A stretch of 63,942 nucleotides of DNA, filler included, from Choristocarpus tenellus KU-1152 (lineage: Eukaryota; Protista; Phaeophyceae): NCBI GenBank assembly GCA_964200185.2. It is 11 parts of 11 records of this genome, joined end to end, with 100 filler letters (N's around TTAATTAATTAA, not from the genome) between each part and the next. Parts side by side here need not be neighbours in the genome. Positions count along the whole stretch, not along the records: positions 61,298 to 63,942 come from CAXNAD020026005.1; 10 more parts are not named here. One strand, 5' to 3'. Positions 61,525 through 63,942 of the stretch are shown piece by piece. Every line of letters starts with the position of its first letter. Within the stretch, counting starts at the first letter, position 1. Both the position numbers and the translations under genes were made by a program. A model generated the notes under the pieces. That model did not search any database and was not told where the DNA came from. It saw only the letters and a list, made by a program, of their open reading frames with translations.

Positions 61525-63743
61525 AGACACAATTGATTGGTCATCTCACCGCTACAAGCAACCATTGGAGGAGAGTATGCATACCCTAAAAGGGCACACT
61601 GTCCTACACCCTCTCCACAACAAATTCCAACCACATCAGCAGGAGGTCTCTGGCTACAACTCCATTTCTTCCACAACACGTGACAATGCTGGTATACCAC
61701 CTGACAATACTGGTATATGTGTAGTATGGTATATGTGTAGTATGCTATATGTGTAGTATGCTACTGCTGGACCACAGTTCAGGTGGCACACATAAACTTT
61801 CCTAACCTCCCTCGAGGGGACAAAGAAGACTACTAAACTACCACACTGCTTGTAAGGGAGACACTGGTGTATCCCAGAGCAATCACCGCTCAAGCCAAAC
61901 TCCCTCATTCCCTTTTGAAGGCAGTTAAACAAGACAACACAACCTATGCAAGTGCTTTCACATCACAAGGGGCCTTCCGAGCATGTAGGGAGGAAGGCAT
62001 TACCAGACTGACCCAAATTAAGCTTAGGGTTGGTATGTGTCAAACATTGAGACAACACAAGTTCAATGCACATAGTCAAGGCTAAACTTTCTACCACGAC
62101 ACAGAACAGTATCTCAAAGTTTGATAGAATGCCAACAAGACTCCAGGGCAGGCTACAGGTGCTACAGGGCAGTATCACGACGATCATAACCCTCATAAAG
62201 AAAAAAGAGTAGATGAAGTTAGGATTTTCCCACGACGTTGGGGGGGGAGGTTAAGGGAACAGAGGTGTCAAGGATAAAAATGAAAGGAAAACAGTGCCTG
62301 AGGGAAATAGGCATTTAGACTCTCTAAACCACACAAGAGAGAACAAAAAAAAAGAGTACAAGTGTTGATACATATTCATACATGTCCTTCCCACAACTCA
62401 TAAACCACAAAATAAACAAAACCTCTACAGTAGGCAATGTACATTTCTCCTTCTGGACAAACAGATTAACCACGGGTTCCCCTGTACAAACAAATCGTTT
62501 CATTGCCAGCAAGAGTGATAATTTGGAAACTATGTCAAGCACGACACCGCCCTTGCGCTCTGCTTCAACTCAACCTCTCTGTGACCATAGAAGCACATCC
62601 CCTTGACCACAACAAGCCTTCCAATTTCTGTTCATTACTTTTCCTGCTGTATTTATTCATTCATTTATTCACTCAATTCATCTTCCCTTTTCAATCACTC
62701 CCCACCCACAAGGCCAACACAAAAGAAACCAAACCCAGTACATAGAAATTCAAATCAATGTACACGCGACGAGGCCCCGCGTGTACACAAAATATATATA
62801 TTTTTCAGAACCTGAACAGGAAGAATGTGTAATACCAAATATATATATATATATCGTCAAAAATATCTAAAATAAAAAGTTTCTTGGGAGCAACTATTCA
62901 CAGACCCCTACCCTTAAAATACCACCCGGACGAAGTAAAAAACAATTTCTCAGGAAATTTCTCAGAAAACGCCTCACTCGCCACGTATCGCAAGGAACAA
63001 TTGAACCAACCAATCACCACTCGAGGTCTTCAATTTAAAAACCATAATCATCCTTCAAAACTTCAACGACTTCTCACCCCACACTGTACGCATGCCTGTC
63101 CACACATCAGCCCCTTGCGTTGTTTGTTGTTTGTTTCCCCAAGCTTTATTTTGTTTATACATCCAACGCACCCGATATAAAACAAATAAAAACTCCCATC
63201 GATGACCTTGCCACACACCAACCTGCCCACCTTCCTCTCTCCTCTCTGGGGACTTTCATCCAACGCACAAGTATCACTAATTTTGCACATGTATCACTAA
63301 TTTTGCAAGCATCGCCTGAAACCACTCCTTTTCACAATCTCATTTTTCAAGAAAATAGATCGGTAGAAAGATCACAATGACATAACCCACCTCTACTTCC
63401 AAAGAGTTACCTTTCTTTTTATTTTATTTTTTTTGTTTTAAAAAGGAAAATCAAACTACAGTCACTCAATTCCACTGTGCAATATTATTATGTGCAGCTG
63501 TTGCTCTTCAAAACACTGATCAGTGCACAGCAAGTAATTTTTGAAAGAAATAAACAAATATATATACCATAATGTAATAACATGTAAGTAAATGTCAGTT
63601 TCGGTAGTAGCACAGAGGCATCACGGGCCATCACAAAAAAAAAAATTCTGACAAGGTTATTTATATAGGAGAGAGTACTAGGTGCACTCCAAGTTTGCAG
63701 AAAAAAAAAAAGTTTGAAAGAATAAAAAATGAAAAAAACTCAC

Positions 63744-63872
63744 CGCTCCTCCTTCCATGACAACAGTGGCCTTCTCCCCCAATCGGAACCCCGTCTTGAC
63801 CTTGGCCGGGAGGACCACCTCATCCTCATCTGGAATCCATACCCATGTACCCGGCTCGAAAAATGTCGCCAT
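63744..63872 (-). CDS. Myosin heavy chain, first coding exon (N-terminal SH3-like segment)
   Basis: MATFFEPGTWVWIPDEDEVVLPAKV... followed by a G|gtgagt donor. The GxxVWIPDxxxxWxxAxV pattern is typical of myosin N-termini. No further exons were identified. Confidence 0.75.
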
Positions 63873-63942
63873 GACTAAGGACTCACTCCCCCTCTTGCTC
63901 GCTCTGCCTTTCCCTGTGCTAGCAAAACTCTCTTGATGACCT

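Noticed and set aside
1-63942. A multi-gene functional cluster, or tRNA/rRNA genes
   Set aside because: The genes sit on separate artificially joined contigs, and no cloverleaf or rRNA signature was seen by eye.

Overview
This is eukaryotic nuclear DNA, not one continuous locus. It consists of 11 unrelated short contigs (1-9147, 9248-13375, 13476-17875, 17976-25429, 25530-31961, 32062-36308, 36409-39761, 39862-45890, 45991-50146, 50247-61197, 61298-63942) joined by artificial 100-bp linkers (44N-TTAATTAATTAA-44N). Intron-rich genes, short TTAGGG tracts and the repeat content suggest a photosynthetic stramenopile such as a brown alga (inference). Host genes, all partial and rebuilt by hand from splice sites and codon phase, are: a long-chain acyl-CoA synthetase; a head-to-head ZMAT2/Snu23 and VPS35 pair; a class I cyclic-nucleotide phosphodiesterase with two GC-AG introns; the first exon of a myosin; a divergent pheophorbide-a-oxygenase-like gene; and an unknown small-exon gene. 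Mobile DNA dominates. It includes two Ty1/Copia families (one with non-canonical TG...TA LTR ends and a nested solo LTR), a hAT transposase relic, a DD39D-type mariner relic, and a CRE-like RLE non-LTR retrotransposon whose stem-loop plus (TAA)n 3' end occurs six times. About 20 copies or ends of related MITE families share the terminal motif GRSYS-AAAGTATCT. No rRNA, tRNA or CRISPR array could be supported. The best novelty candidates are the MITE group, the TG...TA LTRs, the behaviour of the CRE-like 3' end, a perfect 28-bp hairpin and a possible PAO pseudoenzyme.
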